From Alphaproteobacteria bacterium (lineage in GTDB: Bacteria; Pseudomonadota; Alphaproteobacteria; G965218375): a DNA stretch of 64,000 nucleotides. The stretch is taken from positions 186,432-250,431 of the forward strand of contig OZ244618.1 of NCBI GenBank assembly GCA_965218375.1, read 5' to 3'. Of this stretch, positions 20,637-31,981 are shown in pieces. Below the pieces are notes generated by a model. It saw only the letters and a program-made list of their open reading frames with translations. It was not told where the DNA came from and did not search any database. The number at the start of each line of letters is the position of its first letter. Positions within the stretch are counted from its first letter, which is position 1. The position numbers were made by a program, and so were the translations under genes.

Positions 20637-21785
20637 TTACTGTCCTAAAGATGCGTAAACACCCGCTTCATACATATCATAAACTTGAACAACCTGATCG
20701 TCTAAATATGGGAGAACCTGCGTCATAATGATACTGGCGACATCTTTAACAGGGTCAATCCAATAATAAGTATTACAAAGACCTCCCCCCACAAGAGTTC
20801 CAGGTGAAAACTTACCAGGAACACCATCTAACATGACCTTGCCGACAAAACTCCCCCCAATATTACCTTCAAAAACTAAATCAGGCACCAATGGAGATGA
20901 TGAACGCATTGACCTTTTCGGCAGTCCTTGCATATGATCCTTTACAAGAGTTTTAACGGAGAGTTCAGATAAAACCCGATTACCATCTAACTGCCCTTTA
21001 TTCAAAATCATACGCAACAAACGCATATAATCAGGCGCAGTCCCATACATGGCATGTCCCATGGGATAAAACTCTGGCTTAGATACTGGTTTAAAATCAG
21101 TCACAGCTAATAATGTCCCATCTTCAGCGCGCTTAAATATACCGCCAAAATCTGCACAAGCATCGTCTAATTCAAAGACAGAATGTGTCATGCCAAGAGG
21201 ATCAAAAATCTCCTCACGGCAAAAAACATCAATGGAACGACCATCGACTTCCTCGATAACACATCCCAACCAATCAATATTTGGACCATACCCATATCGC
21301 GTGCCAGGGTCAGTCACAAGAGGATATTGAAGAGACTTTCTTAAACCTGAGCCAATTGCAGGGTTACCTGTCACTTCTAAATATTTTGCAACATCTGCAT
21401 TCCACAGCTCGTATTCCATGCCGCTCGTGTGTGTTACCAGGTTCCGAATCGTTGCAGTTGTTCTTGGCCTACGCAACACGGGGGTATCCCCATCAAAACC
21501 TTCTAAGACTCTTAAATCATTCCATTCTGGCAAAAGATCACCAACAGGCGTCTCTAAAGAAAACTTACCTCTTTCAATCATAATCATTGCAGCGACACCA
21601 CATACACTTTTTGTCATTGAATAAAGACAAAACACTGTATCTTTTGTCGCAGCTTGACCACTCACCGTATATCCAACAGCATCACAGAACGTTACCCCAC
21701 CAGAATTTCCAGTCATGGCCACCAAATAGGGCGCCATGTTTTGGGATACGGCATTATTTAAAATGCTCTTAAGACTTTTCGTCAT
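20637..21785 (-). CDS. Serine hydrolase of the beta-lactamase (PF00144-like) family
   Basis: SxxK motif (YSMTKS) near the N-terminus; 382 aa; esterase/PBP-like overall pattern. Substrate unknown. Confidence 0.75.
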   Translation of the reverse strand: MTKSLKSILNNAVSQNMAPYLVAMTGNSGGVTFCDAVGYTVSGQAATKDTVFCLYSMTKSVCGVAAMIMIERGKFSLETPVGDLLPEWNDLRVLEGFDGDTPVLRRPRTTATIRNLVTHTSGMEYELWNADVAKYLEVTGNPAIGSGLRKSLQYPLVTDPGTRYGYGPNIDWLGCVIEEVDGRSIDVFCREEIFDPLGMTHSVFELDDACADFGGIFKRAEDGTLLAVTDFKPVSKPEFYPMGHAMYGTAPDYMRLLRMILNKGQLDGNRVLSELSVKTLVKDHMQGLPKRSMRSSSPLVPDLVFEGNIGGSFVGKVMLDGVPGKFSPGTLVGGGLCNTYYWIDPVKDVASIIMTQVLPYLDDQVVQVYDMYEAGVYASLGQ

Positions 21786-21936
21786 TACAAAAGGTTCACT
21801 CTCTAATTATATAAAACACTAATTTTACCCATCCCTTTAGTTAAAAAGGCACAGATACCCGTTCTGGGCGCACAACCTATCTACCCCAACACGGGGATCA
21901 CAGGCAAACATAAAAAATACAAATAAAGAATAGGGA

Positions 21937-22419
21937 TTATTTTTCTATATTAAAGTGCTTCTTCATAATGTATTTTTGATGGTATTCTTCAGCGCGCCAA
22001 AATATATTCAAGGAAGTTATCTCAGTGACAACAGGGTTGGAATAGGTATTGCCGTCAACGAGACTCTGTAAGCTGGTCTCAGAAATTTCCTTTTGTTCCA
22101 GATTGGTATAAAAAATAGCAGATCTATACTGTGAACCAATATCAGGGCCTTGGCGATTCAGCGTTGTTGGATTATGAATGGTCCAAAAGATTTCTAAGAT
22201 TTGTTTATAACTGATGAGACTGGGAACGAACACAACTTCAACTGCCTCTGCATGACCACTGTCTGAATAACACACGTCATTATAAGTTGGGTTTTGAAGA
22301 TGCCCTCCCGCATAGCCGACTGCAGATTCTTGTACGCCTGAGGTTTTGCGAAATGCCTCCTGCACCCCCCAAAAACACCCAGCTGCTAAATAACACGTCT
22401 CTGACCCATTAAACGACAT
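21937..22419 (-). CDS. msrA: Peptide methionine (S)-sulfoxide reductase
   Basis: GCFWG active-site motif. I prefer the ATG at 22419, which has GGAGAGGGG upstream, over the GTG at 22455. Confidence 0.9.
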   Translation of the reverse strand: MSFNGSETCYLAAGCFWGVQEAFRKTSGVQESAVGYAGGHLQNPTYNDVCYSDSGHAEAVEVVFVPSLISYKQILEIFWTIHNPTTLNRQGPDIGSQYRSAIFYTNLEQKEISETSLQSLVDGNTYSNPVVTEITSLNIFWRAEEYHQKYIMKKHFNIEK

Positions 22420-22460
22420 AATATACGTAAACCCCTCTCCTTCAAGAAGAACCACACCCC

Positions 22461-22952
22461 CTAAAAAGGAATGTCATCATCTAAGTTTGCTATTTCACTA
22501 GAGATACCTGAACCACCTTGGTGATTAAAACTCTCTGATGGACTCCCTACATCTGCGCCATCACTGTTTTGTTGATAGCCATCCCCTTTATTACCACCGT
22601 CACGGCCATCTAAAATCACGAGTTCGCCACGATATCTTTGTAAAACCACCTCGGTCGTATACTTTTCAATACCAGATTGATCGGTCCACTTGCGCGTTTG
22701 CAGTTGCCCCTCAATATAAACCTTTGACCCCTTTTTCAAATAGTTTTGAATAACTTTAGCCAGATTTTCATTGAAGACGACAACACGGTGCCATTCTGTT
22801 TTTTCACGACGCTCCCCAGTAGAGCGATCTTTCCAGTGCTCAGAAGTCGCGAGACTAAGACTAACAATGGCCGCGCCATCTTGACTGTAGCGCACCTCAG
22901 GATCTCTTCCCAGATTTCCAACTAGGGTAACTTTATTCACACTTCCTACCAT
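22461..22952 (-). CDS. ssb: Single-stranded DNA-binding protein
   Basis: [20 protein letters not shown]-fold N-terminus, Gly-rich linker and DDDIPF tail. Confidence 0.95.
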   Translation of the reverse strand: MVGSVNKVTLVGNLGRDPEVRYSQDGAAIVSLSLATSEHWKDRSTGERREKTEWHRVVVFNENLAKVIQNYLKKGSKVYIEGQLQTRKWTDQSGIEKYTTEVVLQRYRGELVILDGRDGGNKGDGYQQNSDGADVGSPSESFNHQGGSGISSEIANLDDDIPF

Positions 22953-23166
22953 AAAACTATTTTCCTTAATGCGTTTAAAGTGATTAATATTTAATTTTTT
23001 TTCTTATTTTAATCAATGATTATTTGAATATGTTTCAATTACAGTTTAATAAACATCCAGTGTATGCTTTAATGTCATACCCTAAAAAATCATAATAATT
23101 ATTTTTGATGAGAACAACTAAAATTATATAAATTATATTTTATTTTTATTTTGAGAACCATACAGA

Positions 23167-26046
23167 ATGTCTAATATAAAAACCCTTAAAGTTTGCGGCG
23201 CAAGAGAAAACAACCTAAAAAATATAACTGTCCATATTCCAACTAATAAACTTGTTGTAATTACTGGACTCTCGGGATCAGGAAAGTCTTCCCTAGCATT
23301 TGATACCATTTATGCAGAAGGACAAAGGCGTTATGTCGAAAGCCTAAGCGCCTATGCTCGTCAATTTTTAGAATTACAAAAAAAACCGGATATAGACCAT
23401 ATTGAAGGTCTCAGCCCCGCCATATCTATTGAGCAAAAAACAATTAACCGTAACCCTAGGTCAAATGTGGGGACAGTTACAGAAATTTACGACTATATGC
23501 GCCTCCTATGGGCGCGGATTGGGATTACCTACTCACCTTCCACGGGAAAGCCGATTCAAAGTCAGACCGTTAGCCAAATGGTTGATGAATTGATGAAACT
23601 TCCAATGCAAACTAAGTTATTGATTACGGCTCCGATAGTTCGCGATCACAAGGGTGAGTACAAAAAAGAACTGGCCGAATTGATGAAGAAGGGATTTCAA
23701 CGGGTCAAAATTGATAATGTTATCTATGAGATTGAAGACAGACCCAAGCTTAACCCAAACGTCAAGCACACCATAGCAGTCATCGTTGATCGAATTGTCG
23801 TTAAAGAGGATATTGAGCAACGTCTCGCCGAGTCTTTTGAGGCATGCCTTGAACTGACAGACGGCATTATCTGGATCGATAATTTAGATACTGAAAAGAA
23901 AATCATATTTTCCTCAAAACTCTCCTGCCCTGATTCTGGTTTTAACATAGATGAAATCGAACCCCGCCTTTTCTCCTTTAACAACCCTAACGGCGCCTGT
24001 CCTAACTGTAATGGATTGGGGACTAAGCTGTACTTTGATCCCAATTTAATTATTCCTAACCATGACCTAACCTTAGCCGAAGGCGCTATTTCCGCTTGGG
24101 ACACAGCACGGTACCCCCATTACAGAAGTATCATTCAATCCCTTGCTAAATTTCTTGAAATCAACCTTGATACGCCGTGGAGACACCTCCCTGAAAAAGC
24201 AAAAGATCTTATTTTATATGGTTCGGGAGACACCCCCATCCCTATTACCTATGATGATGGTATTAAAATCCGCGCCACCAATAAACCTTTTGATGGTGTT
24301 ATACAGTACTTAGAAAAACTCAAAAGTCAGTCCTTAAAAGCTTGGCAAAAAGAGCAAATGACCAAGTTTCAAGATAATATGAAGTGCCATGATTGTGATG
24401 GCTATCGCCTGAACATTTTTGCCTTGGCTGTTAAAATCCTTCATCGTCATATTGGAGAAATCTGTAGTCTATCAATTTTAGAAACCCAACAATGGTTTCA
24501 GTCCCTCCATACGCACCTGACGGAAAAAGAGCAAAAAATTGCTAAAGTCATTCTGCGTGAAATCAATGACCGCCTAAGCTTCTTAATTAATGTTGGACTT
24601 GAATACCTCTCTCTTGCACGCACATCTGTCACTCTTTCTGGTGGTGAGTCCCAAAGAATCCGTCTTGCAAGCCAGATCGGATGTGGATTGACGGGGGTTA
24701 TGTATGTATTAGATGAACCCTCTATAGGCCTCCATCAACGGGATAATAAACGGCTCCTCGAAACATTGATTAATTTACGCAACATGGGTAATTCTGTTAT
24801 TGTGGTTGAACACGATAAAGAAGCCATCCTCATCGCTGATCACGTCATTGACATTGGCCCAGGAGCAGGCGAACACGGTGGATATATTATTGCCGAAGGT
24901 ACGCCAGAAAATATCATTGCCACCCCTCAAAGTAGAACAGGAAAATACATTAGTGGCAAAATGACATATCTTATAAAAAAAGAACGTCAATCTGCCCGCC
25001 GAGGAAAATGGCTTCAGATATTAGGATGCTCCAATAACAATCTGAAAAATATAGATTTAAAAATCCCTATTGGTGTCATGACATGCGTAACCGGTGTTAG
25101 TGGAAGTGGAAAATCGACCCTGATTATGGAAACCTTGTACCCTGCGATTGCACAAAAACTAAACAACACCTCTATTAACACGATCGGGAAGCACCAAAGC
25201 ATTCACGGGATTGAAAACTTTGACAAGGTCATTGAAATCGACCAAAGCCCAATTGGACGTACACCGCGCTCTAATCCTGCAACATACACCGGCGCGTTTT
25301 CCCCTATACGGGAATGGTTTGCCGGACTTCCTGAATCTCAGGTTCGCGCGTATACTGCCAGCCGCTTTAGCTTTAATGTAAAGGGCGGAAGGTGTGAGGC
25401 ATGCCAAGGGGATGGCGTCATCAAAATAGAAATGCACTTCCTACCAAATGTATATGTCCCTTGTGATATTTGTAATAGTAAACGATATAATCGCGAAACC
25501 CTAGAGGTGAAGTATAAGGGCTATTCCATTAATGATATTCTGGAAATGACCGTCGAAGCTGGCGCCCAAGTCTTTGAATCTATTCCCATGATTCATGACA
25601 AGCTCTTGACCTTAATTAATGTTGGACTGGGATATATTAAAATTGGTCAATCTGCCATCACGCTCTCTGGAGGGGAAGCCCAAAGGATCAAACTTGCAAA
25701 AGAACTGAGTAAGCGTTCAACCGGACGTACCCTCTATATCCTGGATGAACCAACCACAGGACTTCATTTTGACGATATTGTCAAACTGATGGGCGTCTTG
25801 CAAAATCTCGTTGATGCTGGAAATACAATTATTATTATTGAACACAACTTAGATGTTATTAAATATGCAGACTGGATTATCGACATTGGCCCCGAAGGCG
25901 GAAATAAAGGCGGCCAAATTGTCGGCCAAGGCACACCCGAAGATATTATCAGTAACCCGTCGCAGAGCGAAACAGCATATTATTTACACCAAGTATTTAA
26001 GGAAGATCAGCAAAATAGCGAGCAAATTAAGGAGCTTAGCGAGTAA
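23167..26046 (+). CDS. uvrA: Excinuclease ABC subunit A
   Basis: Two ABC modules ([26 protein letters not shown]) and zinc-finger Cys clusters; 959 aa. Confidence 0.97.
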   Translation: MSNIKTLKVCGARENNLKNITVHIPTNKLVVITGLSGSGKSSLAFDTIYAEGQRRYVESLSAYARQFLELQKKPDIDHIEGLSPAISIEQKTINRNPRSNVGTVTEIYDYMRLLWARIGITYSPSTGKPIQSQTVSQMVDELMKLPMQTKLLITAPIVRDHKGEYKKELAELMKKGFQRVKIDNVIYEIEDRPKLNPNVKHTIAVIVDRIVVKEDIEQRLAESFEACLELTDGIIWIDNLDTEKKIIFSSKLSCPDSGFNIDEIEPRLFSFNNPNGACPNCNGLGTKLYFDPNLIIPNHDLTLAEGAISAWDTARYPHYRSIIQSLAKFLEINLDTPWRHLPEKAKDLILYGSGDTPIPITYDDGIKIRATNKPFDGVIQYLEKLKSQSLKAWQKEQMTKFQDNMKCHDCDGYRLNIFALAVKILHRHIGEICSLSILETQQWFQSLHTHLTEKEQKIAKVILREINDRLSFLINVGLEYLSLARTSVTLSGGESQRIRLASQIGCGLTGVMYVLDEPSIGLHQRDNKRLLETLINLRNMGNSVIVVEHDKEAILIADHVIDIGPGAGEHGGYIIAEGTPENIIATPQSRTGKYISGKMTYLIKKERQSARRGKWLQILGCSNNNLKNIDLKIPIGVMTCVTGVSGSGKSTLIMETLYPAIAQKLNNTSINTIGKHQSIHGIENFDKVIEIDQSPIGRTPRSNPATYTGAFSPIREWFAGLPESQVRAYTASRFSFNVKGGRCEACQGDGVIKIEMHFLPNVYVPCDICNSKRYNRETLEVKYKGYSINDILEMTVEAGAQVFESIPMIHDKLLTLINVGLGYIKIGQSAITLSGGEAQRIKLAKELSKRSTGRTLYILDEPTTGLHFDDIVKLMGVLQNLVDAGNTIIIIEHNLDVIKYADWIIDIGPEGGNKGGQIVGQGTPEDIISNPSQSETAYYLHQVFKEDQQNSEQIKELSE

Positions 26047-26047
26047 A

Positions 26048-26236
26048 ATGGGTATCAACGATGAAAAAGATATTATTGCAGACCTCGCTATTGCCCCAAC
26101 AAGCCTTGGGATGGTAAGAATATTTATCAGCACAGATAGTATTGAGATTCCAATGGACTTCTCCCCTGACGAGGTCAGAGAAATTGCTGATGAGCTGATT
26201 GCAACTGCCAACCAAATTGAATCTATGAAAACATAA
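26048..26236 (+). CDS. Small acidic hypothetical protein (62 aa)
   Basis: The ATG lies 1 nt after the uvrA stop, with AAGGAG about 13 nt upstream. The composition is protein-like (MGINDEKDIIADL...DFSPDEVREIADELIATANQIESMKT). Only the part of ORF 25853..26236 downstream of uvrA is plausible. Confidence 0.4.
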   Translation: MGINDEKDIIADLAIAPTSLGMVRIFISTDSIEIPMDFSPDEVREIADELIATANQIESMKT

Positions 26237-26296
26237 CAATTACGCCAGCAATGGGACTAGATTTAAATTTTTTATTTACTTCATTCTAAGCGTTCC

Positions 26297-26346
26297 CCCT
26301 ATTACAAAATAAGCGCAACAACTCCAACGTTTGTTTTGTAATAGGG
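26297..26346. repeat. 13-bp perfect inverted repeat CCCTATTACAAAA-(24 nt)-TTTTGTAATAGGG
   Basis: Read directly from the sequence. It lies about 60 nt downstream of the small ORF, and no T-run follows it. Confidence 0.6.
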
Positions 26347-26777
26347 CTTAAGAAGTATAACTTTTTTTACAAAAATCGGGGCCGAGGGGGAAAAGTATCC
26401 CCTTTGAACCTGTCACCCGTCCTCCATAAGCCCTAAAAAAAACTTTCTTAGAAATTTAAATATATAAATTTATTAAAAGCTCATATTACAAAATCATTTT
26501 TTCTGCTAGACTGACCGTTCTTAAACAGTATAAAAACAGATTAAATGCGGTATTTATTTTAAGGAAAAACATAAATCACCTCTCACAATTTGAAATAAGA
26601 ACTGCGCGTGACCTTTATTTAAAATTATACTTTTAAAATATACGATAACATTTGTTAATTTTTAATACGTCATCATAGGACTAGAAATTTCATTAACAGC
26701 CTATAATATTTTATATAAATTACTATATATATGATAATAATTTAATTTTTTTTATGATTTCTTAATTATGGTTCTCA

Positions 26778-26805
26778 GGTTACCATAATGTATATTGTTT
26801 TGTAT
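26778..26805 (+). other. dif-like 28-mer (candidate Xer recombination site)
   Basis: GGTTACCATAA-TGTATA-TTGTTTTGTAT compared with E. coli dif GGTGCGCATAA-TGTATA-TTATGTTAAAT gives 21/28 matches, including the exact 13-mer CATAATGTATATT. The XerD-side arm is poor (7/11). Confidence 0.3.
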
Positions 26806-26870
26806 TTTACAGTGTCCCAAAATGCGTCTTATTTTTTATACTCATAATAGTCATGTTTTAAGAGGTAAAA

Positions 26871-27869
26871 ATGTATAAAAATGCTATTGTTATTGATGGT
26901 TTACAATATTGTAATCCTACGCGTGAATACTTTAAGTTATTACAATTAAATAATATTACAGCGGTACATGTTGCACTCTCATATCATGAAAATGCACGCG
27001 AAACTCTAACGAATATCGCAAAATGGAATCGTATCTTTGAAGAAAACTCAGACATTATCAAACATCTTACCTCCATGGAGAGTATTAAAGACCTGAAAGA
27101 AAAGAATAAAGTCGGTATTTTCTTTGGAGCTCAAAACTGTTCTTTAATTGAAGAAGAAATTGGTCTTGTTGAAATAATGCGCAAGCTTGGGGTATTTGTC
27201 ATGCAACTGACATATAATAACCAAAGCCTACTTGCTTCTGGTCATAATGAAACAAACGATAATGGTGTAACCCGTTTTGGACAAGAAGTTATTGCAGAAA
27301 TGAACCGAATCGGCATGATTATTGACATGAGCCATAGCGGGGAAAAGTCAATTTTGCAAGCGATTGAAATCTCTTCACGCCCCATTTGCCTTAGCCATAT
27401 TAATCCTTTTGTTGATCAAAGTAGCGATCAAATGACCATTAGGCCGAATGTTATTAAAACTCTTGTTGATAATAAGGGTATCATCGGTATCAGCCTATAC
27501 CCTATCCTTAATTTCAATAAAGAGAACCACACCCTCGCAAAATTCTGTGAGCGGATTGCCAACCTTGCAGATAAGTATGGAGTTGATGCCATAGGTATCG
27601 GCTCTAACCTCAGCTTAGGGTACCCTAATGAAGTCTTTGAGTGGCTCCACTATGGAAAATGGTCTAAAAACATTGACTATGGCTTGAATTTGGAACAAAA
27701 ACAATGGCAGGATCCTCCAAACTGGTTTAATAATCCAAGCGGCATGAAAAGTCTATACGATAAATTGCTCTCTTTGGGTTTTAGTGAAAATGATTTAAAT
27801 CAGATTATTGGCAATAATTGGCTGAATTTTTTATCTGACGGCATTAAGCCCTATCATACTAAAAGTTAA
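26871..27869 (+). CDS. Peptidase M19 (renal dipeptidase) family homologue with non-canonical active-site residues
   Basis: Collinear with the M19 pattern (VIDG..., IDMSH, CLSH, GIGS...), 332 aa. See findings for the substituted ligands. Confidence 0.8.
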   Translation: MYKNAIVIDGLQYCNPTREYFKLLQLNNITAVHVALSYHENARETLTNIAKWNRIFEENSDIIKHLTSMESIKDLKEKNKVGIFFGAQNCSLIEEEIGLVEIMRKLGVFVMQLTYNNQSLLASGHNETNDNGVTRFGQEVIAEMNRIGMIIDMSHSGEKSILQAIEISSRPICLSHINPFVDQSSDQMTIRPNVIKTLVDNKGIIGISLYPILNFNKENHTLAKFCERIANLADKYGVDAIGIGSNLSLGYPNEVFEWLHYGKWSKNIDYGLNLEQKQWQDPPNWFNNPSGMKSLYDKLLSLGFSENDLNQIIGNNWLNFLSDGIKPYHTKS

Positions 27870-28056
27870 ACTTAGATATATCTTGGATTTACCTCAGGGA
27901 GTAACACGGCTTAGGTGTGGCCTATTTAATTTAATTTTTTACAATAATAAATTATAATAACAATTTGATATTAAATCATAAATCGGATTTTTATTAAAAT
28001 ATATTACACTTAAAAATTACCGATCTCAGCCATGTTTTGCCCTGAGTAGACGTTGC

Positions 28057-31000
28057 CTATTCCTGGGAGCCAAAGCCACCACCACCAGGGGTTTCGATAA
28101 TAAACACGTCATCTTTATTCATAGAGATTTCATCGTTTGCTTTCAGCTCAACAACATGTCCATCCGCGCGGAGGACACTATTTTTCCCAAGTGCGCCAGT
28201 ACCTCCCCCATTCACTCCATATGGCGGAAGGGTGCGATGACTTGAAAGAATTGTTGCGGTCATCGGCTCTAAAAAGCGGATTTTTCTCACCACACCATTG
28301 CCGCCTTTAAACTTCCCTTGACCACCAGAATTTTGACGAATGGAAAATTCATCTACCCTAATTGGATAACGTGATTCTAAAACTTCAGGGTCAGTCATGC
28401 GGGTATTCGTCATATGAGAGTGCACCGCACTGGTACCATCATAATCTGGGCCTGCTCCCGTACCTCCACAAATAGTTTCATAGTTTTGATACTCTAAATT
28501 GCCATAGACAAAGTTATTCATGGTTCCTTGACTTGCGGCCAGAACACCAAAAGCCCCAAATAAAGCATCCGTAATAGCTTGTGAAACCTCGGTATTGCCT
28601 GCAATAACTGCCGCTGGATAAACGGAATTTATGATGGAGCCTTTGGGGCTAATAATATTTAATGGCTTCATGCACCCTGAATTTAAAGGAATGTCATCAT
28701 CAATTAAACACCGAAATACATATAAAACCGCCGCCTTACAAATGGCAAATGGCGCGTTAAAGTTACCTGCCACTTGGGCAGATGTGCCGGTAAAGTCAAT
28801 ATCTGCGGAACGCGTCTCTTTATTAATACGAATTACAACTTTAATCTGTGAGCCATTATCGAGTGGATAGGTAAACTCCCCATCTTTAAGGGTGCAAATG
28901 ACCCGCCGAACAGATTCTTCAGCATTTTTCTGCACGTATTGCATATAGGCTTGAACTGTGGAAAGCCCAAAATGATGTACCATTTTTCTAAGCTCACTAA
29001 CACCCGTATTATTAGCGGCAATCTGGGCTAACAAGTCTTGTAAATTCTGCTCAATATTTCTACATGGGTATTTACCTGACCCAAGTAACTGGCGCGTCTG
29101 ATGTTCACGAAAAACACTTTCCTCAACAATCAAAAAGTTATCTATCAAGACGCCTTCGTCATCAATATGCTGACTGTCTGGGGGGCAAGAGCCCGGCGTT
29201 CGTCCACCAACATCCGCATGATGTCCTCGCGACCCCACATAAAAGATAATATTCTGCCCATGCTCATCAAATACCGGTGTAACAACCGTAATATCCGGCA
29301 GGTGCGTCCCCCCATTATAGGGGTTATTCATCATATACACGTCCCCTGCCTTGATAGAGCCTTGATTTTGCTTAATAATACTCTTAATGCTCTCCCCCAT
29401 AGATCCAAGGTGTACAGGTACGTGCGGTGCGTTTGCTACTAAATTACCCTCTGGATCAAAGAGAGCACAAGAAAAATCTAAACGCTCTTTAATATTCACA
29501 GAATAGGCCGTATTGGCCAGAGTTGCGCCCATTTGCTCTGCAATGGACATATACAAGTTATTAAAGACCTCAAGCATGACGGGATCCACCTGGGTTCCGA
29601 CCGCTTCGGTGAAGGCTTTCTCTTGGTACCGTTCAACGATAATGTCACGATAATTATTTAAGTGCGCGCGCCACCCTGCCTCAATGATCAGCGTTCCTGT
29701 CTCTTCAACAATCACCGCAGGTCCAAAAAGACTTTGCCCTGAGGTAAGGATACCCCGCTTAAATACAGGCAAACGTTGCCATGAACCTTGCATATATACA
29801 TTCACATGATCTATAGGCTGAGGGGGGGAGTGATCTACATCATCACAATGAAGGGTCTTAACCAGCTCATCAAAGGCCTCATTCACCCCAACAGCTTCAC
29901 ATGTCACCGTTTCTACAACCAGCGCACGATCATTCACAATGAACCCAAACCGTTGATGATGCTGTCTGTTAAATTCTTTCTGCATCTGTTCAGATGTTGT
30001 TAAATCTAAAACTAACGCACTATTCGTGCCCTCATAGCGAATATGGGCTTTAGGGATAATGGCAATATTTTCTTCTGAAATACCTTGTTGACGAACTTCT
30101 GCACAGGCATCCTGAGCCAACTCATCACACTTAGACTTTAAAAACCCGATAATATCTGCGGTTAAGACCTTTTCAACTTGATACTCGCGCATGGCCCGAA
30201 CGTCCGCAAGCCCCATTCCAAATGCTGACAAAACCCCTGCAAACGGGTGAATAAATATACGTTTCATATTAAGAGAGTCGGCCACCAAACACGCATGCTG
30301 CCCGCCTGCGCCCCCAAAACAATTTAATGTATACTGGGTGACATCATAGCCCCTTTGAACAGATATTTCTTTAATAGCATTCACCATATTCTCAACGGCT
30401 ATGCGTAAGAACCCCTCTGCAACCCGCTCTGGCGATTGTTGGGGCGTCCCCGTTGCCTGCGCCACCTGTTCAGCAATCTCTTGAAACTTTTCTTGGACAA
30501 TGACACGGTCTAAGGCTTGGTCGCTCCCCTTCCCAAACACCTTTGGGAAATACTCTGGTTGAATCTTGCCCAGCATCACATTACAATCTGTTACCGTTAA
30601 CGGCCCCCCTCGACAATAACTGGCAGGACCAGGAGAGGCACCCGCAGATTCCGGACCTACACGATAACGGGCACCATCAAAACTTAAAATTGATCCGCCC
30701 CCTGCGGCGACTGTGTGGATATGCATCATCGGCGCGCGAATCCTCACCCCCGCAACCTCAGTTTCAAAACTCCGTTCATATTCGCCATTAAAATGGGTCA
30801 CATCCGTAGAGGTGCCGCCCATATCAAAACCAATAAGCTGTGTATACCCGCTGACCTTAGCTGTACTGGTCATGCCCACCACGCCCCCAGCAGGCCCCGA
30901 CAATATGGCATCTTTCCCTTGAAACAGCTTCGCATCCGTTAACCCGCCATTGGACTGCATAAACATCAAAGGGGGCGCCTTACCATCAGCAGATGCGCCA

Positions 31001-31704
31001 AACTCATTGGATACTTGCTCAACATACCGACGGAGAATAGGAGAAAGATAGGCATCCACAACCGTGGTATCCCCCCGCGAAACCAACTTCATAAGTGGGC
31101 TCGTCTGATGGCTGGCAGATATTTGGGTGAATCCTATTTCTTGCGCCAAAGTGACAATTTCTTGCTCATGGGAATGAAAGCGATATCCATGCATTAAAGC
31201 AATGGCAATAGCACGAATACCCTCATCATACATACGTTGAAGATTAACCCGTAACTGTGTTTTTTCTAAGGGTTTTATGACGTTGCCGTTACTATCAATT
31301 CTTTCATCAGCCTCAACAACACACTCATACAACAGTTCTGACAAAACTATATGACGCTTAAATAAATGGGGACGGCTTTGATACCCAATTCGCAAAACAT
31401 CCCTAAAGCCCTTTGTGGTCACAAACAACGTACGATCCCCCTTGCGCTCTAACAAGGCATTGGTCGCAACGGTCGTTCCCATCTTAATACTGTCAATCTG
31501 GTCTTGGCAAATTTCATCACCCTGCTTTACACCAAGTAAATGACGGATTCCCGCAATGGCTGCATCCTTGTAGCACTCAGGGTTTTCGGAAAGCAGTTTA
31601 TAAGTTACCAAAACACCATTAGGACGTTTTGCAACTAAATCAGTAAACGTCCCTCCCCGATCTATCCAAAATTGCCATTTAGATTTTACTACTACTTTTT
31701 CCAT
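28057..31704 (-). CDS. Fused hydantoinase A / hydantoinase B protein, 5-oxoprolinase (ATP-hydrolysing) type
   Basis: About 1215 aa. The N-terminus [16 protein letters not shown] is as in eukaryote-type OPLAH, and the HyuB-like C-terminal half ends in PGGGGFG. I prefer the ATG at 31704, with AAAGAGG upstream, over the GTG at 31773. Confidence 0.9.
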   Translation of the reverse strand: MEKVVVKSKWQFWIDRGGTFTDLVAKRPNGVLVTYKLLSENPECYKDAAIAGIRHLLGVKQGDEICQDQIDSIKMGTTVATNALLERKGDRTLFVTTKGFRDVLRIGYQSRPHLFKRHIVLSELLYECVVEADERIDSNGNVIKPLEKTQLRVNLQRMYDEGIRAIAIALMHGYRFHSHEQEIVTLAQEIGFTQISASHQTSPLMKLVSRGDTTVVDAYLSPILRRYVEQVSNEFGASADGKAPPLMFMQSNGGLTDAKLFQGKDAILSGPAGGVVGMTSTAKVSGYTQLIGFDMGGTSTDVTHFNGEYERSFETEVAGVRIRAPMMHIHTVAAGGGSILSFDGARYRVGPESAGASPGPASYCRGGPLTVTDCNVMLGKIQPEYFPKVFGKGSDQALDRVIVQEKFQEIAEQVAQATGTPQQSPERVAEGFLRIAVENMVNAIKEISVQRGYDVTQYTLNCFGGAGGQHACLVADSLNMKRIFIHPFAGVLSAFGMGLADVRAMREYQVEKVLTADIIGFLKSKCDELAQDACAEVRQQGISEENIAIIPKAHIRYEGTNSALVLDLTTSEQMQKEFNRQHHQRFGFIVNDRALVVETVTCEAVGVNEAFDELVKTLHCDDVDHSPPQPIDHVNVYMQGSWQRLPVFKRGILTSGQSLFGPAVIVEETGTLIIEAGWRAHLNNYRDIIVERYQEKAFTEAVGTQVDPVMLEVFNNLYMSIAEQMGATLANTAYSVNIKERLDFSCALFDPEGNLVANAPHVPVHLGSMGESIKSIIKQNQGSIKAGDVYMMNNPYNGGTHLPDITVVTPVFDEHGQNIIFYVGSRGHHADVGGRTPGSCPPDSQHIDDEGVLIDNFLIVEESVFREHQTRQLLGSGKYPCRNIEQNLQDLLAQIAANNTGVSELRKMVHHFGLSTVQAYMQYVQKNAEESVRRVICTLKDGEFTYPLDNGSQIKVVIRINKETRSADIDFTGTSAQVAGNFNAPFAICKAAVLYVFRCLIDDDIPLNSGCMKPLNIISPKGSIINSVYPAAVIAGNTEVSQAITDALFGAFGVLAASQGTMNNFVYGNLEYQNYETICGGTGAGPDYDGTSAVHSHMTNTRMTDPEVLESRYPIRVDEFSIRQNSGGQGKFKGGNGVVRKIRFLEPMTATILSSHRTLPPYGVNGGGTGALGKNSVLRADGHVVELKANDEISMNKDDVFIIETPGGGGFGSQE

Positions 31705-31840
31705 AACCTCTTTGATCCTTAATATTTTTATTCCATAAAGCCGAAGATATCTGAATGCTGGGGAACTGTTCACATTAAGTATAATGAAACTTTCACAACG
31801 GGGGATTCATACAAAATTTTATAATCTACTTAAAATAAAT

Positions 31841-31856
31841 TGTCAATTTATTGACA
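31841..31856. promoter_or_regulatory. Perfect palindrome TGTCAAT-TT-ATTGACA in the divergent oxoprolinase/TRAP promoter region (operator candidate)
   Basis: 7-2-7 inverted repeat, 137 bp from the oxoprolinase ATG and 126 bp from the dctP ATG. Confidence 0.4.
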
Positions 31857-31981
31857 TAACGTTAGTATTAGACTCGCGTAATTACAAGATATTATAAAGA
31901 ATATCATTTTTTTACAAAACAACATTTAGGTAATCACTCATACATTGATTAGTTAAAAAAATAGTTTGAAAGAATTTAATA

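Noticed and set aside
22953-23166. Possible SOS (LexA) box in the divergent ssb/uvrA promoter region
   Set aside because: I looked for the alphaproteobacterial GAAC-N7-GAAC / GTTC-N7-GTTC direct repeat and for an E. coli-type CTGT-N8-ACAG. Only isolated GAAC tetramers are present (e.g. GAGAACAACTAAAATT) without a correctly spaced partner.
25853-26047. Upstream part of ORF 25853..26236, which overlaps the uvrA 3' end in another frame
   Set aside because: This is an overlap with a conserved ABC-domain coding region. Only the segment after the uvrA stop (from the ATG at 26048) is plausible.
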